Source of the DNA: Octopus sinensis
Lineage: Eukaryota
NCBI RefSeq assembly: GCF_006345805.1
Contig: NW_021833118.1
Span: forward strand, 1-64,000
Length of the DNA stretch: 64,000 bases
Reading direction: 5' to 3'
Shown here: one piece after another, positions 1 through 12,550 of the stretch
Position numbering within the stretch: position 1 is the stretch's first letter
Layout: every line of letters begins with the position of its first letter
The notes under the pieces: generated by a model
The model's database searches: none
Seen by the model: only the letters and a program-made list of their open reading frames with translations
Told to the model about the DNA's origin: nothing
Made by a program: the position numbers and the translations under genes

Positions 1-185
1 CGTCTTTTTCTCTTTCCCTGTTGCCCGCTCTGGGATCTTTCTTTCCTCTCTCTTCCTTCTTTATGTTTCCGACGAAGAGCTCCGCTCGAAACGTCATACC
101 TCCCTGCTTCCATTTCCTGAGCGCCTATTAATAATAATACTGTAATTGTTCCATTGTTGTTGTTTTTTTGTTTCCCGTTTGGATT

Positions 186-190
<5 letters not shown>
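1..190 (+). mobile_element. Penelope-like element pLTR/3' end fragment with degenerate hammerhead motif, ending at (TA)n
   Basis: 69-95 reads CCGACGA-A-GAGC-TCC-GCTC-GAAAC-GTC, a minimal type I hammerhead layout with U4>C. The downstream sequence resembles 14141-14277 and ends directly in (TA)n. Confidence 0.6.
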
Positions 191-227
<37 letters not shown>

Positions 228-553
228 ATATATTATATATATATATACATACATTCATACAACTAATCGTTCACTGAAGAGTTAAGTGCACCAATTACAG
301 GTGTGTAGGAACATCCATACATACGCCTACACGAATACAAACATTAACACGTTCACATATTCTCTCTTTGTTAGTCATTCGCTGCATTTCTATAAATAGA
401 GCAGATGAGGATGATAGACTTTAAGAGGCACCAACCGAAGAAATGGTGCGACTCTTAGAAGAATCTGAATAAAAATGTTAAGTATCTAAGATATTATGTG
501 CCAATGTAACTAACTTATACTAGCATTGCACGTTTGATATTTATATTAAGACT

Positions 554-950
554 AGGTGCAGACATACCTGTATAGCAACAAGTTAGTTTCTCAACCACAT
601 AGTTCGGGGTTCAGTCCCCCTGAGTTGCACCTTGGGAATGTGTTTTCTACTATGGCATCGGGCAGGCCAAAGCCTTGTGAGTGGATTTGGTAGGTGGAAA
701 CTGGAAGAAGCCCATCGTATATATATGTGTGTGTGTGTATGTACGTGTATACCCCATGCCGACTGACAACCGGTGCTTGTGTTTTTACTTCCCCGTTGCA
801 TAGCGGTACGGTAGAAGAGACCGATAGAATAATTACCAGGCTTTTTTAAAAAAAATATAACTAGTTTCGACACATTCAACTAAATATTCTTCAAGGCGCT
901 GCTCCAGCATGGCCGCAGTCAAATGACTGAAACAAGAGAGCAATAAAGGT
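554..950 (+). mobile_element. tRNA-derived SINE, CORE-like family
   Basis: Head GTTCGGGGTTCAGTCCC, body CACCTTGGGAATGTG..GCCTTGTGAGTGGATTTGGTAG, tail GCTCCAGCATGGCCGCAGTC..TGACTGAAAC. The same modules recur at 8660, 13815, 35588 and 43285. Confidence 0.75.
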
Positions 951-1014
951 AAGCTGGAAGAATCGTTAACATGCTGGACAAAATGCTTAACGTTATTTCG
1001 TCCGTCTTTGTGTC

Positions 1015-1145
1015 CTGAATTCAAATGCGGCTGAGGTCAGCTTTGAAACGCACATCCTTTCATCCTGCTCTGTTGAGCACCGAGGTTGACATGGTCGACT
1101 TACCCCGCCCTAAATATTGCTGGCTTTGTGCCAAAAGCTGAAATC
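1015..1145 (+). mobile_element. Degenerate partial SINE (Nin/Deu-like core family)
   Basis: TTCAAATGCGGCTGAGGTCAGCTTTG..CCTTTCATCC..GTCGACTTACCCC..GCTGGCTTTGTGCCAAAA matches the core seen in the intact copies at 4625 and 6958. Confidence 0.55.
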
Positions 1146-1178
1146 AATATACATCTTTGTGTGTATGTGTGTGCGTGC

Positions 1179-1234
<56 letters not shown>

Positions 1235-1562
1235 TGTGTGTGTGTGTGTGTGAGTGCGTGGTCTTGAAGCTGTCATCTCAGATCAAGTTCGATTTTCACT
1301 CTTCCGATTAATTGACTGGATACCTTAGTGCTGGTTGCTGTTTGGAACTTCTCACCTGTACCTACCTACCTATATACATGCATATATGCATACTCATAGA
1401 CTTGTGAGATGATTGGATAGACGGAAGCCGAAAGAAGTCTGTGTATGCATACATACATACACACATACATACATACATACATACATACATACATACATAC
1501 ATACATACATACATACATACATAATACATACATACATATATATGTATGTATGTATATGTATA

Positions 1563-1628
<66 letters not shown>

Positions 1629-1994
1629 ATATGTTACATTTACTAATAGTCAAGATAAAACTCTGAGTTTCAGATGCCGAAGTGGAAATCCACAACACCA
1701 TCTCTTCGGTTATCTGGCCATCTGAAAAAGTGGCTTGAAGTTGGTAACAATTAATTGGAAAATGCTGTATGGTAAACAGGAAATTGACCACGTGGCGGAC
1801 AGGAATTAAACTAGAAATCGGTAATGTTGTTTGGGGTGGGATGTAGGAAGGAACGGCATGTGCAAGTATAAAGTTCTATGAATGTAACTCCCAATAAATT
1901 GGTTGAGTGCCCTTCTTTCTTTTGTCCATTCTGTCGCACAATTGCTCCAAACTCTGTTGAGCGCCATTCATAAAGGTTTGACTAATAGTTTGCA

Positions 1995-3545
1995 ATGGAG
2001 TATCAACCATTACCGTACTCGTTGAGGAATAGCCAAATACCTCCAAGGAAAATCTCCTTGGCGCGATTTACGGAGAAGACGGAAAGGGTCATCAAACACA
2101 GACGCTGGAAGGCTTTCTTCTACGAGAATCCATCTACGGATAAATTCGGCTTCGACTCCCGAAAGTGCCCTCCACGTATGAAAAACCTCGAGAACTTTGA
2201 GACTGACCTATGGAACATTGTAAAGAAGGTAGGGTTTCGGTATTATTCTAACCCCTTCCTTAAATCCCTAAAGGACTATATGACAGCTTGAAACAATCAT
2301 CCAACATACCCACCCTCGCAGACAAAACAAAGAATATTTACGAAATAAACACTTCCACACACTCAAAACTTCTTACAAGTGCCATCACCAAAACATTCAA
2401 GAAAATCCGTAATTCCATATACAATGACATAAATACATAAGCAAAAGAGCTAGCCATTCGCCTTAATATAGAGGATCGCGTGGACTGCCTCACCACGCGA
2501 TTAACCCCCCTCCCACACACACATTACACTTAGGGACCATAAGCCTAACTTCCACGGCAATCCCACATCCAGGCTGATCAGCCCCTCTAAAAGCAAGATG
2601 GGTATTATTGGCAAACGTATTCTTGATACTATCAACTCCGATATCAGAAGAGCCACAGAGTTGACCCAAAGGAACTCCAGCGCAGCCGTGGTCAGCTGGT
2701 TCTACGGTATCGAGAATAAATCAACCTGTAGATTCTCCCAGTTCGACATTGTCGACTTCTAACCTTCCATATCTAAGCCCCTCCTACTGAAGGCCCTATC
2801 TTTTGCTGAGAAATACACCAGCATTAGTGACCTTAACATCAGAATTATCATGAATGCCAGAAAGTCAACTCTGGCCCACAACAATTCCTCCTGGGTGAAA
2901 AATGAAGGTGTCACATTGTTCGACGTCTCTATGGAGAGCTTTGACGGGGCTGAAATCGTCGATCTCGTCGGGTTATACATCTTCGATACCTTCAAGAGAT
3001 GTACCCATCCACATAGATCGGCCCTCTATAGGGACGACGACCTGGCTATCTTAAGCCATATGAACGGGCACGCCATGGAGAAGTTCAGGAAGGACTTCAT
3101 AAAAATATTTATGGAGTTCTGCCTGCCCATAACGGTTGCCATCAACGCTTGATTTCTTGTACTTAACCTTAGACCTTAGTATGGGAGAGTAATGCCCGCA
3201 CAGGAAACCTAACGAGGATACAGTATACATCCACAAGAGATCAAACCATCCCCCGCTGTAATTAGAAACCTGTTTCCAGGCATTAGTAAACTACTATCAA
3301 ATATCTCGGCCTATAGAGAGGTCTTTAATAGTACCGCCCCCTACTACAACGATGTTTTGCCAAGGAGCGGGTTTTTTGAGAAGCTCACGTATGTGGACAA
3401 ACCCCAAACACCCTCTTCCCATTCCTAAAGGATTAGAAGGAGAATTACATGCTATAACCTTCCCTTTCAACCTAGAAGTTTCTACCAACGTAGCTAGGGA
3501 CCTCTTGTCGTTAAGAAACATTTCCACATAGGCCATAATATTCTC
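1995..3545 (+). mobile_element. Penelope-like retroelement relic 1 (N-terminus plus RT, frameshifted, no endonuclease)
   Basis: ORF pieces YSLRNSQIP..VIKHRRWKAFFY..FGFDSRKCPP and FDVSMESFDGAEIVDLVGLYI..LYRDDDLAI match PLE RT motifs (FDxTMGSxDGAE, GLYRDDG). Many stops and frameshifts. Confidence 0.85.
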
Positions 3546-3719
3546 GTATCTTCCATCTTGCGTCTTTCATTTCCCATATACATAACGAACACTGTGAAAG
3601 TGATCATGTCTTAGTAGAAAGCTACCAGACATAAACCATTGCTTTTATTATCTAATAACCACAACCAATTTCTGATTTTCAGGTTTAAGGTGCTATAAAG
3701 TAGCGTGCCACGAAGATGG

Positions 3720-6425
3720 ATAAAATAGATGTTTCGTTAAAGGATAGTAGGAAGGATTATATACATGAAATTTTGGAGAAAACCAACTGATTTATACGAA
3801 GAATGAGGGGAAAAGCTTTCTTCTTCGACAGAAAAATTAAATCAAATGACAAACCTGAACATGGTAACCTACTAAGAAGAGTATTCAAATCCAGGAGGAA
3901 CCCACCATTAACCAATGACTAACCAGATTTGAAGAGGAATTATATAATATGGTTAAGAACGTGAAATTCAGGAAATATCTTAGGAGGTACAATATACATC
4001 AGAAAATTACTGGATGACTTGAAGAAAGCTCCAGGAATATTTGTACAAGCGGGTAAAAATAGTAGCGTTTACATTGTTGTATAAATCAATATGGTTAGGT
4101 AGGAATTACTCAGCAAATGTAGACATATCAATAACGACACATTAAAAAGAATTACTAATACAGGGTTACAAATCGCTAGAGATTTAGCTATAGGTGATAA
4201 AACTGATCTATACGACCCTAGAAAACCCTAGATTATGCTTAAGGACCATAAACCTAACTTCCTTATTGATCCTCAGTTAGATTGATTTGTCCTTCTAAAT
4301 CCGATATAGGGATTATTAGTAAGAAAATCATTGATGGAGTACTACCCATCCTTAAGTCGAAAACTAGATTATCCCTCTGGTCAGATACCCAAGAGGTGGT
4401 CGGATGGTTTAAGCTTCTAGAAACTAGCAAGAATATCAAATTCCTACAGCTAAATATAGAGAGTTATTACGCCACAATTAACCCGATCGTCCTCAATAAA
4501 GCCCTGATTTATAGTATGAGAAATTCTGATTTGTCCCGACGCAAAATAGATATAATTCTTGCAGCGCGAGCCACTTCAGTAGATTCTGATGGCAGATTTT
4601 GGAGTTGATTAGATAGAGAGAATGCAGAAACGTTAGCACTCCGAGCGAAATGCTTAGCGGTATTTCGTCTACCGTTACGTTCTGAGTTCAAATTCCGCCG
4701 AGGTCGACTTTGCCTTTCATCCTTTCGGGGTCGATAAATTAAGTACCAGTTGCGCACTGGGGTCGACGTAATCGACTTAATCCCTTTGCCTGTCCTTGTT
4801 TGTCCCCTCTATGTTTAGCCCCTTGTGGGCAATAAAGAAATAAAAATAACAATGGAGTCATCTGACTCTGTACAGGTCACAGACTTAGTCGGGATATATA
4901 TCCTTTCATTAATCCAGTCTTCCTAACAGATGGTCTATATAGGGGTGACGCACTATTTTTTCTGGATAGAAGTAGTAAAGTACAATTAGAAAGGCATAGA
5001 AAACATTTCTTTAGATTAAAAAAAAATTAGGACTAAATATTACTATGGGAAAGGATTATCGTAGAGTAAATTTTCTTGATGCAACCTTCTGTCTTGATAC
5101 TGGATTCTTTGAGCCATTTCATAAGCCAAATAATCATATTAAGTACATAAATGTAGCATCCAGCCATCCACCATCGAAAATACGGGAATTAGTTAAGAAT
5201 ATTTCTACAAGAATTTCTAGATTACTCACTGATAAAAAAATTTTCGAATCATATGCACCTTATTTATAAAGCTGTTTATTTATATATGTGTATAGGGCTG
5301 GATACCATAAAAAAATTCAATATATACAAGAAGCAGGCATACACAGCACTGTCAGGTCATGCAGTAATAATGCACATTGTACACCATTACAACGTTACGG
5401 TATGAGAACATACTGAGATCAAGAATACAGGCCAGGAAAAATTGGTCACGGCAATGAACTACCAACGAAAACTCATAAACACACACAACACAATAATCCA
5501 ACTGCTCATAACAGTAAATTGTATCAATTCTGTACAACACACTCGATCACATATGCCAAACAACATATATAGGAACGATGATGTCATTATGTACAACCCG
5601 ATTTTCGGTTCGCATATTTCAACCAAGATCGCTGAATATTTTTTTGCTGCTTTAGACAAATGTTTTCCTAAATCTAATAAATACCATACTATTTTTAACC
5701 AACACACCGTGAAGGTATTCTACGCTAACTCTACTAATTTAGAGCTGTATATGCGCCGCATAAACAATAGTAAAATGCGACAACATTTCAATAACTCACC
5801 TACTGGATCTAGCAAATATGCACAACTAAATACCAATGAAGGAGATATAAACCGTCATGAAAAGCGCCAAATACTGTCAAATTTTGATAGTAGAAATGAT
5901 TATTATATAGCTAACGCGGAAACATCGTCGGCAAATGAACTCAGAACTGTCATATATACAAATAAATATAATAAATGCTCACGCAGAGAAAAATCAGGAT
6001 ACTCAGTGATGAACCTCTGTATGAGTTCAAATCTTGTATATAAATGCATAGTGCATAAGTGTTTCTTAACGACAAGAAGTCCCTAGCTACGTTGTTTACA
6101 TTGGGCAAACGGCTCATTCACTTAAGAATCGTAATTGCAACCATATCACCAGCTTGAAGAGAATCAATAAGAGACATTCAACATATTTGGCCGATTCTGT
6201 GTGGCGACTGAAGGAAGATAAATTTAAGTATAACATAACTTGGTCCATAGTAAGGCAAGCAAAACCATATATCATTTCCAAGAGATGCTAACTTTGCTCC
6301 GAAGAATCCCAGTCTATTTTGTGGACCAATGAGAAGATCATTAATAGAATTTCTGAAGGACTCTCAAGATGCCTACATGCATATAAATTTACTTTCAAAC
6401 AATACGGTGGAAATGAATTTGAGTA
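3720..6425 (+). mobile_element. Penelope-like retroelement relic 2 (RT plus GIY-YIG endonuclease), interrupted by a SINE
   Basis: Pieces FIRRMRGKAFFF, ICPSKSDIGIISKKIID, ITMESSDSVQVTDLVGIYIL, VNFLDATF..KPNN..YINVASSHPP, YNPIFG..LDKCFP..IFNQHTVKVFY, LVYKC..YIGQT, WSIVRQAKPY follow PLE domain order. Confidence 0.85.
4625..4845 (+). mobile_element. tRNA-derived SINE with Nin/Deu-like core inserted in the Penelope RT
   Basis: GAGTTCAAATTCCGCCGAGGTCGACTTTGCCTTTCATCCTTTCGGGGTCGATAAATTAAGTACCAG core with A-rich tail. RT reading resumes right after it. Confidence 0.85.
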
Positions 6426-6957
6426 ACTGTTAACATAATTTACCTTAAGTTATGGATGAATAAGTTTAGTTTTAACCTCTCCATTCTTATAAACACCAAG
6501 TATCTATTTAATTCGCTATGTGAACGTGTATGTGCCAAACCACACGGGTGCGTATGCTAACATCTTTGTGGGTTCTTGTAGGAGCGAGTTTACATGTGCC
6601 ATGCAGCTTGCGCGCGGGCGTTTACACATGCATATCTGTTAACGGTTATTTTTGATACTTTTCCCGCTGCGTTGCGAGTCCGTTTCTTTTTTTCATATGT
6701 TATTTTATTATTGATCTTTTATACAGATGAAGATATATCCTTTAATTTGCTGCTTTTCTTTACACGAAATGAGAAGATACATCGCGGAACTATTATCTTA
6801 ACGAGTTATATCTATTTATCACCCAACGAGACATATCTGCACTGTCGGATGCTCCTGAACCAGTTAAGTGTCCCACCCGTGAAAGATCGATGCTATATGT
6901 GTCGAAAACACTGTAGAGATTAATAAAAATGATCATATCTTCCATCTTACATATATA

Positions 6958-7187
6958 TTTCTTTACTACCCACAAGGGGCTAAACACAGAGGGGATAAAC
7001 AAGGACAGACAAAGGGATTAAGTCGACTACATCGACCCCAGTGCGTAACTGGTACTTAATTTATCGACCCCGAAAGGATGAAAGCAAAGTCGACCTCGGC
7101 GGAATTTGAACTCGGAACGTAACGACAGACGAAATATGGCTACGAATTTCGCCCGGCGTGCTAACGTTTCTACCAGCTCGCCGCCTT
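6958..7187 (-). mobile_element. Full-length SINE (Nin/Deu-like core)
   Basis: On the minus strand it starts GGCGGCGAGCTGG, has B-box-like GAGTTCAAATTCC and the same core and tail as 4625. Near-identical to 53958-54178. Confidence 0.9.
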
Positions 7188-7227
7188 ACAGATATGTATA
7201 TATATCTTACATATATGTATATATACA

Positions 7228-7480
7228 CCATCACAAGCGAATGATATCCGAGCTATAGTGGAGAAGGCAAGCCATAGGCTTTGGATGAAAAGTGACGATG
7301 AGCAATGGTTTGATGGATACTGAGCGAAGACTAGTAACCCCATGATCTAGCAAGCGGAGCAATATTGCCGTTGGCAGGAAGGTCTCTAAAAGGTGTGTGC
7401 ATTCTTTCTTGATGACTACATGAGCTTGCTTTTGTACGGAATGCAGAGTTTTTGACTGGGAAAGCTAGTATTTGCAAGAC
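7228..7480 (+). mobile_element. 3' end fragment of an R2-superfamily non-LTR element (HERO-like C-terminus)
   Basis: Translates DIRAIVEKASHRLWMKSDDEQWFDGY*, resembling the AEKASxWLWLKRxDxxW C-terminal motif recalled for RLE-type elements. Short, so the assignment is tentative. Confidence 0.4.
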
Positions 7481-7895
7481 GTTTGAAAATAATTAAACAC
7501 ACACACACACCCACACACAATATAATACATTATATCTTGTGTAATAACAGCCAACAATTGTATCCAGACACAAAAGCTACAAGGTTTTTTTTATTTCTAT
7601 ACCAACTGAAAATTGGTGCAAACTAAAACTGCAAACAAAAGCAAGACCGACCCGTATTCCCAGGTTAATGGGAGGAGGTTCCAGTTAAGGACAAATCTCA
7701 AAGAATGGAACAAAGGAATAAGGACGCTATAAATATCTTTTTTTCTTTTTGATTTAGATTGACAACAATGTGTTCGTCACTCGTCTCACGGTAAATAATA
7801 ATATATCAAACATAAAGAGTTATGACGAGTTTCTCTCTCTCTCTCTCATATACACACGTATATGCATGAGTGTGCGTATTAGGACGAGTGCATGC

Positions 7896-7953
<58 letters not shown>

Positions 7954-8000
7954 ATGAACAACCTAAATATGTTTCTCCATTTTCTTATTTGTATTATATA

Positions 8001-8387
8001 TCTTCTCTATATATATAAACGGCAGTTTGTCTGTGTGTGTTTCTGTGTGTCTGTTAGGTTGTACCCCCACCCTGACCACGGCTTTCAACTGATTCTGATG
8101 AAACTTGACACACACATAGCCCAATGTCATAATTCAAGACTAACGTAGCGAAAATTTTGAAAAGTTCCCCCAGTTCTGAATAAGATCGATAAATACGACA
8201 TGGGGTCGACAATCAGAAACACAAACCACAGATGGTATAGGGGACGCAACTCGACCTTTTTAACTATCAAAAAAAATTTACCATAATTTTTTTCCCATTT
8301 TTTTGCTATTTTTTGGCTATAACTCTCTAAAAATGCTTTATAGTTATTTCCCTTACAAACCCGAGCAACGCCGGGCGATACTGCTAG
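8001..8387 (+). mobile_element. Non-autonomous Helitron
   Basis: A|TC start, subterminal hairpin CCCGAGCAACGCCGGG, CTAG|T end. Second copy at 21978-22347. Confidence 0.8.
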
Positions 8388-8659
8388 TATATATATATAT
8401 ATATATATGAGAAAGAGTGACTTCAATTTCATCCTTTTACTTTGAGGGGTTCCAAACTTAGATTTCTAATAAAGATTACTCATATTAAATTTGTAGCTTA
8501 CTATTGTACATTTTTAAATATGAAAATTTTACAAGTATAGAGTGTGTTATGACCATTTATAATATGTGATTAAATTAATTTAATCATAATTATAATTAAT
8601 TAAATTTTTACCATGTTTCTTACATGTTGGTGTTACCATTCGAAACGATCGTGTGTACT

Positions 8660-9066
8660 CTTTACTCTTACTCTTTTACTCTTTTACTTGTTTCAGTCAT
8701 GTGACTGTGGCCAGGCTGAAGCACTGCCTTTAGTCGAGCAAATCCACCCTAGGACTTATTCTTTGTAAGCCTAGTACTTATTCTATCAGTCTCTTTTGCC
8801 GAACCGCTAAGTTACACACCAGCTTCGGTAGTCAAGCGATGTTGGGGAGGGGGTGGCAAACACAGGCACACGAACATATACACACATACATATATATGTA
8901 CATATATACGACGGGCTTCTTTCAGTTTCCGTCTAACAAATACACTCACAAGGCTTTGGTCGGTCCGAAGATATAGTAGAAGACACTTGCCCAAGGTACC
9001 ACGCAATGGGACTGAACCCAGAACCATGTGGTTGGTAAGCAAACTACTTACCACACAGCCACTCCT
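8660..9066 (-). mobile_element. tRNA-derived SINE, CORE-like family
   Basis: Minus strand: GGAGTGGCTGTGTGGTAAG..GGTTCAGTCCCA..CCTTGGGCAAGTGTCTTCTACTATA, with tail ending in (GAGTAA)n. Confidence 0.85.
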
Positions 9067-9257
9067 ACTAAAATTTTATAAAACTTTTAACATCTACTCT
9101 TCTCTATCTTTAATTGTTTGTTGAGTTTCTATAGGATATATGCTCTATATATGCTCATAACACACCTTATATACATACATACACACATACATACATACAT
9201 ACATACATACATACATACATACATACATACATACATACATACATACATACATACATG

Positions 9258-9356
<99 letters not shown>

Positions 9357-9574
9357 CTACTGTGGGTACGAGGTCTCAAAAGCTGGGTAAGGTGGCAAGT
9401 AGATTAAAAGGAAACCAGTGCTTAACTGACAGTACATTGATCTCGAAAAGATGAAGGAGGAGGTTGACCTCGGCAGAATTTGAACTTAGATCCAAAAACA
9501 CATAATACATATTCATATACATACATGCTTGCACACACATACATACACGCATATCGGCACTAGTCACCATGATT

Positions 9575-9749
9575 GATCGTTAGCCACTACACACATTTTT
9601 TTCTCTCCTTGTTTTTTCGGTGTCTCTTTCTGTAGAAGAGCGTAGGCTCGAAACGTAAAAGACTTTTTCTATTTCTGAGCGTTATACTAATACATCTGTT
9701 TGTTTTGTACACCACCTGTCTTCGTCTTTTGTTTGTTTTTGTAAACTCT

Positions 9750-9752
<3 letters not shown>
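9575..9752 (+). mobile_element. Penelope-like pLTR fragment ending at (TA)n
   Basis: Contains the hammerhead-like motif at 9625-9662. The 3' end CTCTCCC abuts the (TA)n run. Confidence 0.6.
9625..9662 (+). ncRNA. Minimal type I hammerhead ribozyme-like motif (core variant CUGUAGA)
   Basis: TCTTT | CTGTAGA A | GAGC-GTAG-GCTC | GAAAC GTA | AAAGA. The 5 bp stem I, 4 bp stem II, GAAA and GUA cleavage triplet are all present. Core position A6 is U. Confidence 0.6.
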
Positions 9753-9825
<73 letters not shown>

Positions 9826-9827
<2 letters not shown>

Positions 9828-9960
9828 GTTATCACATAAATGGAAAACAAGGGGGGAAAATAGTGCTCAAATATCAGAAGCAGAGTAATAAGATTTTATT
9901 AAACCTGCAAAATCTTCCCAAAGCTGCTACACAGAGTTTCACATTCCTATTCGTCAGACA
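9826..9960 (-). mobile_element. Second Penelope-like pLTR fragment, opposite orientation, ending at the same (TA)n
   Basis: Minus strand CTGACGAATAGGAATGTGAAACTCTGTGTA.. then TATTACTCTGCTTCTGATATTTGAGCACTATTTTCCCCCTTGTTTTCCATTTATGTG, homologous to 34315-34390. Confidence 0.55.
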
Positions 9961-10769
9961 GTTGCGATGTCCGACGAACGGGAATGCCGGACAGCAGTGT
10001 GTAATGTTTTACCAAAAAGTTAAACTATAATTGTAACTAAATTTGACTAGGGTGTTGCAAACATCAACATTGCTAGAAATAAGATTTAAAATACTCTAAT
10101 GTCGTACTCAAGACACATAATTGTATACATATATTCTGACAGGATTATAATCACCCGAAAACACCGATTGAATAAGTGACAACACATACAAACATTCTTA
10201 GTTTTAATTATCTATCTGGTCAATGAACAATGAAATACAATCTCGGGAATAATGCAAAAGTTTCGTTTTCCTAATGGCTTTAAATATAAAAACTGGTGAG
10301 ATCTCCGGCCTTGGTAAAAAAAAGACCCCATAGTTGTGAGATATTCAACAGCAAGTTTTTTACTATCCTAAACAAACGGGGCAACAAACCCTAACAAAAT
10401 TTATGCTCATACGTTTCAGTTAAAAATAAAAACGACAATTCTTTAAAAGGAAGGTGTGGTAAAAAATGTTTGTTCGTGGGCGAAAGAAAGCAAAGCAGTT
10501 AATACCACATTGAATTTGAAGCCACAATCACGTCTATTCAGGGTTACGAGCTAGGTCATGTACGACACACTCTGATTTTCAGGTCATTGAAAGTGTAGCG
10601 ATTATAATAGGTGGTATATGATGTCGAATAGAAAGCTTTGATATAAGAAAGAAAGCTGCTTCTATAGCCTTCTGATCAGGGTTTCATGTCTTTTATTTGT
10701 CTTGACCACTAAGAGAAAATATCCAGTCCGACTCGCTTCCGAAATTACAACAATAACAATGTTTTCCCA

Positions 10770-10960
10770 TTTTGGCGATTTCGGGAAAGAGAGTAAAGTA
10801 ATTACATCGACCTTAGGGCTCAACTAGTACTCACTTTATGAGTCTTCGAAAGGATTAAAGGCAAAGTCTACCCCAGTGAGATATGAGTTCAAAACGTTAA
10901 GACGGACGGCGAAATACCACTAAGCATTTCGTCCAGCGTGCTAACGACTCTGCCGCCTTA
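10770..10960 (-). mobile_element. Degenerate SINE (Nin/Deu-like core)
   Basis: GAAAGGATTAAAGGCAAAGTC..GAGTTCAAAACGTT..GCGTGCTAACGACTCTGCC is the reverse complement of the family head and core. Confidence 0.7.
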
Positions 10961-11091
10961 AAGCAATTTCAGCTTTGCACTTATGTCAGACTTGAACTCA
11001 AATACAGACATTCAAATGTCAAGTCTCCGTCAATTTCGTCCAAAGTACAAAGCCAATAATAATAATAATAATAATAATGATAATAATAATA

Positions 11092-11211
<120 letters not shown>

Positions 11212-11223
11212 TTTCAACTAGCA

Positions 11224-11425
11224 ATAACCACGCCTCGGATTTACCTCATTGGCCATAATAATAGGGGCTGCAATCAGGGTGGGGCACTTGCAGAAAACAG
11301 CACTGCTTGGAACCGCTCGAATACTCCGGAAGGCGCTCGAAAAATAAGGGGTGTTACCTTAGTTCACTGGCAGTGAACAACTGACACCGTAGTACATCTC
11401 CAGCGTCAGAAGCTGTGCAAAGGCA
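11224..11425 (+). mobile_element. R4/Dong-type LINE extreme 3' fragment embedded in (TAA)n
   Basis: Translates GAAIRVGHLQKTALLGTARILRKALEK*, the same C-terminal motif as 62011 (QKIALLGTAHILRRTLS). (AAT)n on both sides. Confidence 0.7.
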
Positions 11426-11431
11426 ATGATG

Positions 11432-12147
<716 letters not shown>

Positions 12148-12184
12148 GATGATGATGATGATGATGACGATGACGATGATGATG

Positions 12185-12326
12185 ATAATCCTTTCTACTA
12201 TAGGCACAAGGGCTGAAATTTTGAGGATGGGGATAGTCGATTGCATCGACCCGGGGTCTCACTGGTACTTAATTTATCGACCCCCGAAAGGATGAAAGGC
12301 AAAGTCGACCGCTGCAGAATTTGAAC
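12185..12326 (-). mobile_element. Partial SINE (Nin/Deu-like core, 3' half)
   Basis: CTGGTACTTAATTTATCGACCCCCGAAAGGATGAAAGGCAAAGTCGAC..GAATTTGAACT. Confidence 0.75.
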
Positions 12327-12393
12327 TAATAATAATTAATAATAATAATAATGGTAATAATAATAATGATGATGATGATTATGATGATGATTA

Positions 12394-12545
<152 letters not shown>

Positions 12546-12550
12546 AATAA

